Below, piece after piece: positions 1-15,084 of a DNA stretch of 64,000 nucleotides. The stretch lies in assembly GCF_009914755.1 (NCBI RefSeq), contig NC_060944.1. The stretch is one strand, 5' to 3'. How positions within the stretch are numbered: the first letter of the stretch is position 1; each line of letters opens with the position of its first letter. The notes beneath the pieces were generated by a model that searched no databases, was not told where the DNA came from, and was given only the letters and a program-made list of their open reading frames with translations. Both the position numbers and the translations under genes were made by a program. The DNA is from the human T2T-CHM13v2.0 reference genome, Homo sapiens.

Positions 1-198
1 TGGGGCCAGAAGTGTTTTAAGATTTTGGATTGTTTCAGAGTTCAGAATATTTACATTATACTGGTTGAGAATCTGTAATCCAAAAATCTGAAATGCTCCA
101 ATGAGCATTTCTTTTGAGCATCATATTGGCACTCAAAAAGTTTAGGATTTTAGAGCATATTGGATTTTGGATTTTCAGATGAGAGATGCTCAACCTGT
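1..198. mobile_element. Tigger4/MER46 (TcMar-Tigger) fragment, cut by the window edge
   Basis: GAAATGCTCCAATGAGCATTTC core and terminal GATGCTCAACCTG followed by TA. Confidence 0.75.
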
Positions 199-1289
199 AC
201 ATGATAACATGACTAGGGGTGTTTTTTTTAATATTTTGTTCACCAAATCTTTTTTTCTCTCATTTGTCTTGCTGAATGCCTTTATCATAGCTTAAATTTG
301 AATTTTCTGCTTCTGAACAGTGCTTAAAATGGAAAGAGGAGGCAGATGCTGGAGTTGCTGGTATCTGCAGCCAGCTTCTCTTGTCGCTGTGTTGGCTTTT
401 CTTAATTTTTAAGCATATGACATATGACTAGTTGTTTTTTGTTTTTTGGTTCATTGCCTGATTTTGGCCCTAACTATTCCATTTTAATTTTAGTTATCCT
501 GCATCATTTCTGTAGGTGTGTTTTATTTGTTATTTCTGGGTGACTAATAAATATATACATTTATATATTATTATATATGAATTATATAAACTTTACAAAT
601 TAAATGAGCATGTATATATAAAAAATAATAGCCTACTGCCACTCTAATATGCAACTTTGGGTATATGAAAGTTGATTCTGTTTTGAGTATTCATATGCTC
701 TGAGACAGATGCCTCAAAATAAGATACCTAACGGAGTACTTGCTGCTCTAGGCTTCTAGAGGACTCCCTGGGGTGAGGATTGTTCAGAAAGGAAACACGG
801 AACATAAGCATGATATTATGTTATGGCCAACTAATTAGACATCTAGTCAATTGACTAACAATGTGTGTGTGAGACCCTGTGCTGGGTACAGAGTCAGGGA
901 AAAGCTATCAATCCTGAATAGCCCCAGTATCTTCAGAATCAATTACTGATGCTAACAATATCTTCCAGTGTCAAATGAGAATACAAGATGCACATGACTT
1001 TCCTAACTAATTACTATGACTCAATTGGTTAGTTTGAGGAGGTCTTAAATGACAAAATTTAATTCTGTATTCCTGTATATATAGCCAGTATTTTATAAAA
1101 GAGAAATTTGGTGAAATGGTTCTGTATGTGTTGCTATGAATTGAAACAAATTCCAGCCACTTGAAAAGATTTTTTAAAGTCTTATTTGCTTTTCTACCAG
1201 ATGTGCTTGGAAGTGAGTGAAAGTCTCTCAACTAGAACTGCCAGGTCTTTGAGTATAGGTGGCATTTTGTCTTAGCCTAAAATAAATAC

Positions 1290-1421
1290 TTTTTTTTTTT
1301 TTTTTTGAGATGGAGTCTTGCTGTGTCACCCAGTCTGGAGTGCACTCCTAGCCTCCAGTGATCCACCTGCCTCGGCCTCCCAAAGTGTTGGGATGACAGG
1401 CGTGAGCCACCAAACCTGGCC
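1290..1421 (-). mobile_element. Monomer-length Alu (right-arm 3' end joined to left arm)
   Basis: poly-T + GAGATGGAGTCTTGCT...CTGGAGTGCA directly fused to CTCCTAGCCTCCAGTGATCCACCTGCCTCGGCCTCCCAAAGTG...CCTGGCC. Confidence 0.9.
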
Positions 1422-2124
1422 AAAGACTTGTTTTTATCCACCACATCTACAGCTGTTTGGTTTTTTCTGTTTGTTTGTTTGTTTTTTTGTTCTCATCCCT
1501 GCATTCAGACAATCAAAATGTTTTCTCCTTTCAATTTCCAGAAAATTACAATGATCCAGGTTCTTCGCTGAAGCTACCATATCTTTGTTTCTTGTGCAAT
1601 GATAATGTCACTGATGGCATAATGTCTTCCTCTGCTAGTGGAGCCTAAAGCCTGATTTCCAATGAAGCTTTTCAGCATTGCTCTCTTTCTAAAATCCTCA
1701 TCTGACGTGGGCTGTGGTTTGCTTTTAGAGTTTGCTTCAGAGTCCACCTATGCAATTCTCAGAGCACTGCCACAGCATGTTCTGAAATCAGAGTTGGGTC
1801 TGTTTAGTCTAGCAACCTCATGAGGACCCCGTCTTATGATTGCATGAACTCTCCTACACAGTAGAAATGTGTATTTCTATAGGCGTTACTTAAATGTTTG
1901 CAAAGGAGCTGTGTTTCAGTTTTCCCTCTTGTAATTAAATGCTGACATATTTTGCAATTGAAAATAGGAGAAAATAGGTAGGTGGCAAGACGGTGTTCAA
2001 GAATAATTCTTTCCTCGGGCAAAAACCACTAAGATCAAGATTCCATCCCCCTGATTCTTCTGCAAAAAAATGTAGGACAAAACCATGGGGCCTTAAAATG
2101 AATGAGAACAATAACATCGAATCA

Positions 2125-2370
2125 ATAATAATAGCTATCATTTATAATTGCTTATCACGTGCCGGGCCTTGTTCTTAGTACTTTACAGTGTATTAACTCA
2201 TCGTTTCATTATAGACAATGTAGAGAGCAGATATTACTCTCATTTTCCTTTTTAGATTGGAAGCTGAATCAGAGAGAGGTTAAGCAACTTGCACCAAGCC
2301 TCACAGCTGTAACTGGTAAAGGTGAGGGTTTAACCCAGGCAGTCAGATTGCATATAAACACTCAAGAAGC
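2125..2370 (-). mobile_element. MIR SINE
   Basis: Reverse MIR core: CAGAGAGAGGTTAAGCAACTTGC...CACAGCT...AACCCAGGCAGTC. Confidence 0.75.
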
Positions 2371-4439
2371 TGCATTTTATAGCCGTAGAAGAGCCATGCT
2401 GCATTGATAAAATGTGCTCCTTAGCAGGCGCTCAAATGTTACACCAGCTCACTGGCTTGAGTAATCAGTCCTCCTTTCACTGGTTCAGTTGCATCAGACG
2501 AGTGTTCATTTTTCACACCCAGCAACCACTCTCAGTTCTTAATTCTGATGAATGCATGTCAGGCTATGGAGCTTTCTTGTTTCTGAAGAAGTTGTTGGCT
2601 CAGGATTCCTATTTTCTTGATAGCATTCAAGGGATCCTGCAAAGTCAGCAGAGTGTTCTACAAGTCTGCTTTGAGGACAAACTTATTGACATGTAACAGA
2701 TTCTGAAGATGGTGTCTGGACATTTTCATGCCATTTGTTGCTAGTTGAGTTGAAGGAATGCTGTTGGCACCTACAACATTAGCATCTACATCCTTTGCTG
2801 TGTCATAAAGGATAGATGTAAAATACAATGAACTATGAAGGAGGGAGGTAGGAAGTATGACATCATATTCTCTCAGGGCATAAAGCAGATTTACAGTGTA
2901 CATTGCACATTTAATATGCACAAAGCGCTTCTGGTACATATGAGGTTAAACTATATAAAATACCATTTTGGTAAGTCAAAAACAGTGGACTAGCAGAAAA
3001 TTCATCCACACACATGCACAGATATACACAGACTCATGTGTACACACTGCACTGTGTAAAGGTATTTATGTTGTCACTTTAGTTAATAAAACAAATAGAC
3101 AAAGGTCAAAATTACCCAGTGGAATTGGGCTTAACCTCCAAAGAACAATAAAACCTTGTATGACTGAAATTAGAAAGTGGTCTGAGGACCCATTCTTAAA
3201 ATTCTATCAGAAAAGAATGTTTTACAGACAAAGACTTGCTTTTGGAATACTATGCCTGCTACCATATTCTCAAGGCAAAATTCACACATTGAAAGAATGA
3301 GATTCAATACGTGTGAAGTTTTTTTTTTTTTTTCTATGTTCAAATCGGGAGAAGGGCATTATCCAAAGCTGACATATTGAGGTTTCTTTGTTTTTTGTTT
3401 TATGCCAGTCTGCTGAAGGCAAAGCCTTTTCTCTTGGCAGGCTGATGCCTTTTGCAAGGTTTTGTGGTTAGGGGCATGCCTGTGCTGCAGTGATGTGAGC
3501 AGTTTATCAGCACCATTTTTCTGACAGAAGTTACTGAAGCATGGTGTCTGAGTCCACCAAACCATTACATCTTCAGTTACAAGGCACTTCACTAAAAGAG
3601 TGGCTTTGGAATATTTTGATCCTAAACAAAGAGCTTGTTGTTAAAGTGGTGTTATTTTGTTTTATTAAAGAAATGAGGGCAAATGCTCATAGAAGGTGGA
3701 AACTCACTTTCAGTTTGGGGGAAATATCCCTTAAACTAGAAGAGGTATATGGAAGAACTTGACACCTTACTAACAGGTATTCTGTGGATTTTTTGTGTTT
3801 GCTTCATATGGCTTAATATCACTTCACTCTGCAGAATTATGGAATGTAAGGTAATACACATCAAAGCAGCATAGGTAAGACAATTGGATCGAGAATTAGC
3901 AAATGTAGGATTTAGGCTTATGTGTCCCATTTAACCATGGACTTTTCTGGACTTTTGTCTCCTCATCTGTAAAACAAGTGATTCAAGACCGTGAACTGGA
4001 AGATGTGATTGGGTGCCGGGTGTCTGTTCTTAAGAGACTCTAGAATTTCTGGTCGCTGAACTGGCAGAGGAACACACAAAGCATTTGACCTTGCTCCCAT
4101 CTTTCATAATGCCTTGTGCTGCCCTTGGTATTTAAATGAACATGATTCTACTGACTTGCTGTCAGCGGGACTTGCACTTTGGGCTGCTTTCCAGCAGTGG
4201 GGAAGGATTTGGGATGATTCATCGACACTTGCTTTCCCAGATGCCTCTGCTTCTGCATTCTACTGTCAAATTGAGCAAATTTGCCAAAGTCAATGACAGA
4301 TTTTATTTGTTCCTTGCAAACAGGCTAAGGTGGAAAAACCTAAATAGATCCCAAAATACATAGAATTTCAATGTGATGTATATTAACCAGAAAATTCTGT
4401 AAATGTATAGATTAAGTATTAGTTATCACTTGTGGCATA

Positions 4440-4660
4440 TTATCAATAATCAAAATGTACTGGACACTATTTTAAGTGCTTTCCATGTTGCATCTCATTT
4501 AAACTTCATGACCACTCTATAGTGTGGTAACTATGATTATCCCTAGATGAGAAAATGGAGATGCGGAAAGACTAAATGACTTGCCTGAGATTACACGTAG
4601 CCACTCAGTGGCAAAGCCAAGGTTAGAGTAGTCAGACTCTAGTGACAGTGCTTATAACTG
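4440..4660 (-). mobile_element. MIR SINE
   Basis: TAGATGAGAAAATGGAG...AAATGACTTGCCTGAGATTACAC resembles the reverse MIR core. Confidence 0.7.
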
Positions 4661-4899
4661 CTACATTGTCCCTCTCTTTGGCTAATGGTGCTCCCTACCT
4701 GGCTTTTGAGGCAGGAACTCTCAACTCATAGCCAGAGTTATGGAGTCTAGCCCTAGGATGTCAACCCAAGTCAGAAGAACTATTTGTGTGCAAACTTTAC
4801 CATGTATAAGATGTGAAAATAGCACATACATGATTAGAATCATACTTGCTTAACTTTTAGGATCTTATTTGACTAAAATATTTATGTAGCTGCTTTGGA

Positions 4900-5300
4900 A
4901 GGTGCATAGCTGTGGCACAGATGGCTAGCTGATCACTAAAAATACACGTGCCTTTTCATGGCATAGGGTAATTGCTGGCAAAAGTCTTCTCAACGAGGGA
5001 CTACGTGACCATTTCTCACCAATAAAATGTGAGGAGAAGTGATGTGTGTCACTTCCAGGATGACATGGTTACAGAGATGCGCTTTCCTCACCATCCTTTC
5101 CCCAGTCCCTGATTGAATGGAGGGAATTCCAGTCATGTGCTGAAGATTATGGAGCCAAAGACATTGGAGCCTGAGTTCCTCAATAATCACCTGCAGGAAA
5201 GCCATCTGACCATGAATACCCACATTGGATTTTCACATGAGTAAGGATAATCTTGCAGTGAATTAAGGCACTGAGTTCTGTGTTATGGCAGCTAACTAGT
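4900..5300 (+). mobile_element. Old MaLR LTR (MLT1J-like)
   Basis: GATGTGTGTCACTTCC and a 3' end TTAAGGCACTGAG...GTTATGGCAGC typical of MLT1. Confidence 0.6.
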
Positions 5301-5445
5301 GCCAAAAGTAAAAAGTGTTGTTGCTTTCATCCAGGTGGGGATTCCATGAATGTCCAGCTTTTTACAATGCTGAGTAAGTCATTGAACTTAGCAGTGTCTC
5401 CTGTTATGTTTTGATAACGAAAATTTTTATTTCATGGCCTCAGAG

Positions 5446-5668
5446 CAATGTTTTCCAACTAGGGGCAATATTGTCCTTATCTCCAAGGAACATTTGGCAA
5501 TGTTGGGAGACATTTTTGGTGGTCACAACTTATGAGAGGTTGCTACTAACACCTAGTGGGTAGAGGCCAGGGATACTACTCAGCTTCCTAGAATGCACAG
5601 GATGTACTCTTATAACCTAAAAAGCATCTGGCCCAAAATGTTGATAGTGCTGAAGATGAGAAACCCTG
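5446..5668 (+). mobile_element. MER20 (hAT-Charlie MITE)
   Basis: CATTTGGCAATGTTGGGAGACATTTTTGGTGGTCACAAC...GGGTAGAGGCCAGGGAT...GAGAAACCCTG. Confidence 0.85.
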
Positions 5669-5799
5669 TCTTAGGAGCATGTTTGCAGCCACAGATGTGA
5701 GCATCTTTACTGCATTCTTGTGACATGTAGTTCAATTCAACTGGTAGAGACCCTGTGTGGCCCCTGCTCTGCACTGGGTCTTACTTACTGGATATATCA

Positions 5800-6243
<444 letters not shown>

Positions 6244-7899
6244 CTATGATTCGAGGCAAGTTAATAAGCCCCTGCAAGCTTCACTTCCTTCACCTGTAAC
6301 TGAGAATAATATCATCTGCCTCATAGATTTATAAGCATTAAATTGAATGGTATACATAAAACATTTACTATAATCACTAGCAAATAACAGGCATTCATTA
6401 TAAATATTCTTTTCCTTCCCCGGACTTCATAAATGTGACAAAAATAACTTGTTAACAAGATTTGAAACCATACAGTGGAATAAACTAGAAATAATTTACT
6501 GAGTGCCATAATGTACTGATCCATATTTTTATATATTCTTAGTTTATTGGTCAAGTAAATAACTGGTTTCCAGAGAAAAATAAAACACTCAAGTTAATAT
6601 TCAACTCTAATTCATGCCATTCCAGTTTTAATTCCAGTCACTTCTTGACAAAGAATTGGTGAACCTTTTGACAGCCGTGACTTAGAGAAATGTTGCTATC
6701 CTGAAACAGGTCCAAATTCTTTCTTCTGTGGTCATTCTGGTTCTATGTGGTCTTTTGTTCTTTTATATCCTAGGCTAGTCTATGACCCAGACCTACCTCT
6801 GCCCCATGCTTTTCCATGCATAGCTGCTTATTTCCTTGTAGCAAGGTCAACATGCCATTGCAGAACATTCTCAGGTGCTCTTGGCAATTAGTCAAAGTTC
6901 AGACATCGAGTTTCAGACTCTTCATAAAATTTCCTATAACCATACCTATTTCTGTACCAAATTCTATTGACACAGATTAATGCAATGCTAAGTCTTAATG
7001 AATGAAGCTCTATTCATCAATACTTGAACTACAAATGTCTTTTCCTATTGCCTGGGGAGTGTTTGCTTTGCTCCAATGCTATAATAAATGTTTTCAAAGT
7101 GGCCCTGGAAGTTGATGGAAAAAATAATATTTTTATACCAGTGCTTGTAATTTTTTGGTGACATAGTATACATAGTAAAAATATATATGCAGACCATTTG
7201 GTGCTGGAGGTGACAAGCTGGGACTTTGTACTCCTGATGTCTCACCCAGCCAGGGCAAAGGGTCAATATCTAGGCAGAGCTGTCACAACCATTCACGACA
7301 TGCTGACTTGTTGAGGAACTCTATTCTAGACTGCCTTGGTGATGAACCATAAAAATGACAATTTTAACACAAAGTCCTAGACACCTCCCTCTAACCCACA
7401 ACCTCCTAAATAGTTCACATTAAAGTCTTGTCCTTTATTTTTATGTTTTGTGTTGTTATATGAATTGTCACTTTATCTTTAGGAACTTGATTCATGTTTC
7501 ATGATTTTCCCTGTTGGCTACACTTGAGGGTCTCTGTGTATACATGAGTAGATCTGGTCCCCACCCGTAGTTGCTCTCCTCCTGCCTTGGAGATTGCTTG
7601 GTGCTCCTGCAATGTCTTCCTTCAAGCATGATGCACATTATAATTATTCTGTTCTGCTTCAGGAATGCATATCAAGTTCTATGCAATTAATGCCATTACA
7701 AGGCAAATACAGAGCTCTTCTTGGCATCTCCAGGACATCTGTAACGCTGCAGAAGCAAAGCATTGTAGTAATTTATGTGACTTAGGAACTTCTTTTTTCT
7801 ATGACTGTTAAAATGGCATTTTTAAATGAAGAAGTTATTAGCCAAGAAAAAAGGACTTCTGGAGAATAGCTGACTGCCTACAATAACGCTGGTCAGGGA

Positions 7900-8720
7900 G
7901 GATTTGGGTTCTGGCGCTGCTTCTAGAGGCACGTTGATCACAGCAGGGAGGGATTCAGAAGGGTGAGGCAAGGCTGGTAGAGCAGCAGGATCCAGTGGGA
8001 ACATTTGGAGAGTCTTTAGCCTGGAGAAAAGTAGTCCAAGGGGATGCGGGAAGCTATTTTTAGCTCTCTGAGGAAGAATTCCTAAAACTGATCTTGAATT
8101 CTGCGGTCAACAGAATGAAGACTAAAGGGTAAAAAGGTAGTTACAGAAAGAAATGCAAACAACACATTTAAAAATTGGTTACTAGTGTCAACAGTTAGGT
8201 GTTATCCTCTCAGAAGATTATCTGTGTAAACCGAAACCTACACCTATATACGTACATGTTTTTAATTATGCGTATATATTTAAGAATAGTTTTACAAAAA
8301 TGGGATTATGGCCCATGTATTTTCCTTAAACTGGGAATCAAATTTGGATTTCATATAATAAAGACATTCTATGAATTGGGAGTATCTAGGATTCTCAGTG
8401 GGATAGTATTACCAGTGGAACAGACTGCCTCATGAGTAGCAGGCTTGCCATGAGTACAATAGCATAGGCCAGCAGGTCTCCACATTTAGTATTCATGCAC
8501 ATCTCCTGGGGATCTTGTTAAAATGCAGGTTCTGATTCAGGAGGTCTGGGCTGGGGTGTGAGATTTCAAACAAGATACCAGGTGATCGTAGTCCTAGGAC
8601 TACACTTTGAGGAATAGGTGTCTAGCTTAACATCCCTAGGGATGCTAGAAATAGATTCCTGTCTTGGGATGGGATAAAATAACCCTAAATTTCCATATAA
8701 CTTGAAGTTTTTATTTCATC
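7900..8720 (+). mobile_element. Degenerate L3/CR1 3' fragments interrupted by MER5
   Basis: TTTAGCCTGGAGAAAAG and TGGAACAGACTGCCTCATGAG resemble the L3 3' region. Confidence 0.5.
8470..8612. mobile_element. MER5A/MER5B MITE
   Basis: CCTGGGGATCTTGTTAAAATGCAGGTTCTGATTCAG...CACTTTGAG. Confidence 0.8.
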
Positions 8721-9079
8721 TTGATTTTAACTTTATTATTTTCTATGGAAAAGAATGTTGATTATATAGGTGTTTCATTTACTGTCTCACCATTATTCAT
8801 CATTTTTTTTCTTTTCTATTTCTCTCTTTTCTCCAGTATAGCCTACAACACTGTGATGATAACTATGATTATAATCTTTCCTTTTTTAATGTTCAAAACA
8901 AATATTATAGCTCTTCTACTGGTTGCTTATATCTTTATTTAGAAAAACATGTATTTACATATTTTAGGATCATTTCTATATGTCTAATTCAGTTCCCATA
9001 GTAATATGAAGATTATATTTAAATTATGCCCCTAGTAATGCTAATAGAAGGAACCAGAATGAAAAATAAAAATAGATAA

Positions 9080-9330
9080 TAATGACTAAGACCAATTAAA
9101 CACAACTTATGTGATAAACATTGCTTTAAGGGGTTTGTTTATATGCATTAAATTATTTAATCCAAAGTGTAGACTTATGGAATAGGCATTATTTTTATCC
9201 CATTTTATTGATAAAGAATGTGAGGTATAGGAAAATTAAATAATTGGTGAAAGTCACCCAGTTTGTGTGGTAGAATTGGAACTTGAACCCAGGCAGTCTA
9301 GCTTCCAAGTTGAGGATCTCACTGTTATAG
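9080..9330 (-). mobile_element. MIR SINE
   Basis: ATCCCATTTTATTGATAAAG...GAACCCAGGCAGTCT. Confidence 0.7.
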
Positions 9331-10609
9331 CCATATTGGAACAATTCATTAGGATGATGCAAAATAAGATGTCACCTTATATCAAAATGTGAGTTTTTAT
9401 TTTTGTACCATTATGGTACCATCTTTGTTGATAATTTAGTCTTTTAAATAGACATTTAGCCTTTGAGAGCATCCATGCTGCATTTTGTAATTTCTAACTT
9501 ATTTATTGAATTGCCTTAGACATATGGAAAATGTTGGACTATCCTATTTAAATTTCATGAAATAGGCCTTAAAATCGCACTTGTAAGATACATCTGAAAC
9601 TTTTATAAATTCATAATGATAATTTGGTGACCCTTGCTAAACTAGAGGACACTGGGATTTCAATGTTGGTTTGAACAATTTAGAAACCCTTTTGCAAAGT
9701 TACACCAGGGTTTTAAGCATTCTCTCTTAAAAGACAAGTGGAAATAAGTGATTTCTTTTCCAAAGCGGTTTATCTTCTTGGTAAGTTAACTATGTTTAAG
9801 ATTTAGTATTCACTCCTTAAAATGTTTTTCTATAAGGAAAATGAAAAGGATTGATTAAATGAGTAAGAGTGAGGTCCTGGCATCTAAAGTTGTAGAGTTG
9901 TCCATGGCAAGGACATGTGCTCATTTCAGCACATTATGACCATTGCTGGAGACAAGGATGAACAGAGAGGGATGAATGATGCCCAGAAAGGTGCCTGTAA
10001 CCAAGACTGTGGTTCTCAGGAAGCCAGAGACGTCCAGGATTCAGAGATGTGAAGGCAGTGGCGGTACTTCCGGACTGATTCACAGTTCTAGGAATTAGCA
10101 GGGGCTGTCTGTTTCTATTTCCCAAATACCTTAATTTATTAAATTTTAATAATATGTAATATATTCTCATACTTCCAAAAATATAAAGGGCAGGATTTTA
10201 ACAATGAGAGGCATGTTAATTATTCACGGAGTTTTGCACATTCATAAGGAAAGCTTAGAAAGCCCTATTTCTCTGTGGGAATATATTCCGCCAGTGGAAC
10301 CCAGCATTATAATTATTTTGTTAACATTAATGGGAGGAATGTCTTTTCATCGATACCCTTTTCTTGAAGAAAGCATTAAAGTGTTCTGGTACCAAGATAA
10401 TTGTTAAATAGAAAGGGCACCTCTGATGGGTATTCTCTGTTTCATTGATTCTTTTTCCATCTTGTGATGTTGATGATGGTCAAGTCTAAGGAGCAGAGCT
10501 AGAACAAAGATGAACTTAAAAGTCATCAATAAAGAGGTATTTTTTACCCAGCTGTCAGAACAAGAAAAGTTTTTTGTACAATTTTTAATCTTGTATATTA
10601 ACGGTTCTT

Positions 10610-11240
10610 CTTTAAGATATAATTTATATAGAGTAGAATGCACAAATCTCAAATATAACACTCAGTGAATTTTGACAAATGTATACACCTGTGTAAACAC
10701 AGCGTAGATTAAGATAGAACATTTCATGGTCCCAGAAAATTCTCTTGTGCCCTCTTCCAGTCAATACCTCTCTCTCCTACCCCTGCACGCACATAAAATA
10801 CCCAGTGATGACTATTATCTTATCATCCAGCTTAGTTTACTGATAATTACCTTTCATTTAGGTGGAATCACATGGTGTGTTTTTGTGTTTGGCTTCTTTC
10901 GTGCAATGTAATTTTTTTTGAGATTCATCCGTGTTGTTCCATGTTGCATTCCTCTTTTTTATTGCTGTGAAGTGTTTCTTTGTATGACTTTACCACAATT
11001 TGTTTATCTACTGTCCAGTTGATGGACATTTACATTCTTTCCAGTTGTAAGCTATGATGAGTACAGCTGCCATAAACAATTTTGTACAGGTCTTCTCATG
11101 GACATACATTTTCATTTCTCTTGGGCAATTAACTAGGAAGGGACTTACTGAGTCATGGAGCAGGTGTCCATTTTGCTTTATTAGAAACCTCAGTTTTCTG
11201 AAGTTCTGTGTCACTTTATATCTCACCAGGAGTGTGGGAG
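10610..11240 (-). mobile_element. L1ME-class 3' end
   Basis: AGTGAATTTTGACAAATGTATACACC...GAGATTCATCC...GTTGATGGACATT; the reverse translation CPREMKMYVHEKTCTKLFMAA resembles the L1 ORF2 C-terminus. Confidence 0.8.
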
Positions 11241-11791
11241 AGAACAAAGATGGTCTTGATCACAGTGGTATGCTGTCACTTGCTCCTCATGTGGGCACTT
11301 CCACAGTCTTATATATCACTGAGCTGGAAAGAGGAGGAGAGAATGATAGGCTGGGGACAGGAGGCAATGGAATTATGGAGATAGTGTATTGGAGAGGTAA
11401 TTGATCCTGCCCCTGCCAGCAAGACCAGCTCATTTACTCCCAGAACTGCTCCTCAGCCCAGCGATGCCTGACAACCTTCCATTAAAAGTTACACCATGCA
11501 GACTGGCTGTGTTACAGAATTAATTCCGGGACTGGCTTTCAGCCCACTTGCACCTTGACCTCACCTCTGCCTGTTTTCTCTCACGCCCAGTTCATGTGTA
11601 TTCATACAGCTTCACAAAAACTCTCTTCTGTTGTTGGTGATTTTTTTGGTTGATCCTCATCACTGAAACTTCATAGTCATGAGCTGTCTCTTACAAGATA
11701 CATAACTTTGGGCCAGTTACTTAACAACCCCAAGTTTCTGTTTTCTTGTCTATAAAATGGGGATCAGAATGCTATATTAAAAAGTTAATGG

Positions 11792-11955
11792 GGCCAGGCA
11801 CTGTGGCTCATGCCTGTAATCTCAGTGCTTTGGGGGGCCAAGATGGGAGGATCGCTTGAGGTCGGGAGTTCAAGGCTGCAGTGATCACACCACTGCACTT
11901 CAGCCTGGGCAACAAAGTAAGACCCTGTCTCTTCACAAAAATAAATAAACAACTT
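11792..11955 (+). mobile_element. Alu monomer (FRAM/AluJ-like) inserted in a MIR
   Basis: Single arm with A-rich tail; TSD TTAAAAAGTTAAT at 11777-11789 and 11956-11968; MIR core upstream at about 11705-11775. Confidence 0.85.
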
Positions 11956-12315
11956 TTAAAAAGTTAATTCAATCATTAATGCCTATAAAGGGCTCAGCAC
12001 ATAGCATGTGCTCAGTAAACACTACTGTAACTCCCAGCACAACCCCTCCTGTTGTACTTCCTACATATGATTGGTTTTCCAACTCTCTAATTCCCCTTAA
12101 TTGATAATTCTAGTGAAATACCCTCCTGGGAACGGACCTAGGAATTCCTGCCTAGGCCTCTGCCTTTCCAAGGCTCATCCTCAAACCGTTACTCTGAGAC
12201 AATTGTAATGAAACAAGCACCATTTATACGGCAAACTTTAAAGCTCCTGCTAGCTTGAGCTGGGGCTCTTTGGATTTCCTGTTTCATATTTTCCAGGATG
12301 AGGATTCGATTTTAA

Positions 12316-12727
<412 letters not shown>

Positions 12728-13199
12728 TTAAAAATGAATTGTTACCACCGGCCGAATACCTAAACACTATCATTCTGTGCTCCTGATGTTCCTGTGATCT
12801 CATGGAGTCTAGGGTGCCTTTCCCAGTCTCAACAGAGAGGACTTCATGAGCCCTGGGTACAGAAAGGTCATTGGTTTTATTTTAAACAGTGTCAGCTACC
12901 TGCTGCCCACTTTGTTCCAAGCTCTTCCTTGGCCCTGCTATTTTCAGGCAAGATGCCCATGAACCAGTACAGCTCTTCACACTCATCCCTTCTGCCTCTT
13001 GCTCCAGAATCATGCTTGGGTATCACAAGCCTACATGTGGACCAACCTCCTTTCCCTTGTTCCACCATGCCCCCCTCCCATATACACATCACAAAGCTTC
13101 TCTTCCCCATGCCTTCACTCACATTACCCCTCTCTGGTTAGTACTTCCTCATCACCAACATGAAATCAACAGGTACTACTCATTCCATGACTTTGCTGC

Positions 13200-13700
13200 T
13201 CTCCTGTACAGCCAAACTCCTTAGAAAGTCTTCATTAACTTCTCTAAAGGAAGACTTTGTAGAGAGTCTTCACTGTGCTTCCCCTCCTCCCAGTCTCACC
13301 CCAACACACTCCATTATAACTGTTGTCCGCTCCACTCTGCTGAAAAGTTGCCAATGTCCAACATCTTGTCATTCCTTTTCATGAAACTTGACCCCTTAGG
13401 CTCACTTTATATGCCTGATGGGCCTACTTCTTTTTTGAAAGGTGCTCTTCTCCTAACTTCTGGGACACCGGATTTGCTGTTTTTTCTTCCTGGATTCTTT
13501 TCTCTCAGATCTTCATGGGGATGTTTCTTCTCATCATGGATATAACCCCTTTGCAGAGGCCCTCCCAGTCCCAAGCGATCCTAATCAAAGCAGCTTCCTT
13601 CAACCTTTGGCCTGACTTTCTACCTCCTTTATATTTTTAATAGCACTAATTATATCTGACCTTCTCATTTATTTATGTAGATGTTAACATTTCATGTGGA
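13200..13700 (+). mobile_element. L2 fragments
   Basis: Pyrimidine-rich TTTGAAAGGTGCTCTTCTCCTAACTTCTGGGACACC resembles the L2 consensus. Confidence 0.5.
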
Positions 13701-13739
13701 AGTTTGTAACAATTGCACATTTGTCAATAATGATCCCTG

Positions 13740-13950
13740 ACATTCATTAATGACCTGCTATGTGCTAATTCTGTCCTAAATTAGCTCGTCTAATATTCAA
13801 AATAATGTTATGAAGTAGGAACTACTATCATCATTTTTTGTATGTGTAAACTGAGGTTCAAAGAGGCTAGATAACTTGCCTTGATTCCAAAGCTGTAAGT
13901 AACATAATGAGAATTCAGACCCATCTATTTTGATGCTAAGATCTGTGATA
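13740..13950 (-). mobile_element. MIR SINE
   Basis: AAACTGAGGTTCAAAGAGGCTAGATAACTTGCC. Confidence 0.7.
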
Positions 13951-15084
13951 TAAATCATTGACAGAAAAAAAAAAACAGTGAATTAAGCTGTGTCCCCATG
14001 CTTTCTAGGGGCACAAAGAGAGATTTGGTGAGACAGAACATCTTTAAAGGTACCACCTGGAGAGAACTAACATTTTGTTTGCTCTGGAGTGTTGAGAATT
14101 TAAAGGTTTGGCTTTGTGATGGCTCAAGCAGTAAATAGATCACACACAGTGAGGAATTCATCTCATTTTGCATCGAGTGTGCAAAGCAGTCATAAATGAT
14201 GAAGAACTGCATTGTGGGTCTTGTGTAAGTCTTAGAGTAAGACTATAAATTTCTAAAACTTGAAGTTTGTAAACAAAATATACATTAGTTTACTCATTAA
14301 TGAATTTATAATCTAAGATGAACTGAAACTAGATCCTAGTTAAAGCAAAATAAGGAAGATGCACTGGTCTATATTTTCTTTCCTTTGACTTTCCACTTAA
14401 TCATTAAAGCCATGGCCTTCATGGATTATTGGCAAGGGAAAGCAGATTGTAACACATTTTGCAGATAGAGAGAGCAGGTGTTTCCCACCTGTTCAGTTCC
14501 ATCTCCAGGATGAACTTTGCCTTCATTACATGAATCCAGAGCATACTCTCCCAACTTGGTAGTGCTCCTGTGAACTGTTGATCTGTTACTGGCAAGCCTG
14601 AATAGCCCGGCGCAAGAGCCAGTCTGCCTAGAAACCCTGAACTGAGTCTAACCTGTTCTCAGCAAATCCCATCTCTGCCTCTCTGGTGGGTCCTCACGGC
14701 ACCCTTGTCTGCTGCCTATTACTTCCCAAAGAAAGAGACAAAAAAATCCTTGGAAGTGTTACACTAATGACTTTACATATAAAACCTCTCTCAGAAATGT
14801 CTGCATTTTTCTGGAAGAGGATGAGTAGAAAGGTCAATAGGTAGCCCCACAGAATGAAAAGTATTATTCAGCTACAGTAGATGCTGGGGGCCCTCAAATC
14901 CCAACAGTCCAATAAATCCCATCCACATGGATATCCAAGGAATAGTTTTATACAATTGGATTATAAGTCAAGTATTTGAGGGAGAAGCTGTTCACTAATC
15001 GCCCAAAACATTCCTCCAGTCTGCACCTCCTTCTCATTCCCACAGCGACTCTCCCTTTTAGGATATTGTTGTTCATCTCCTAGT

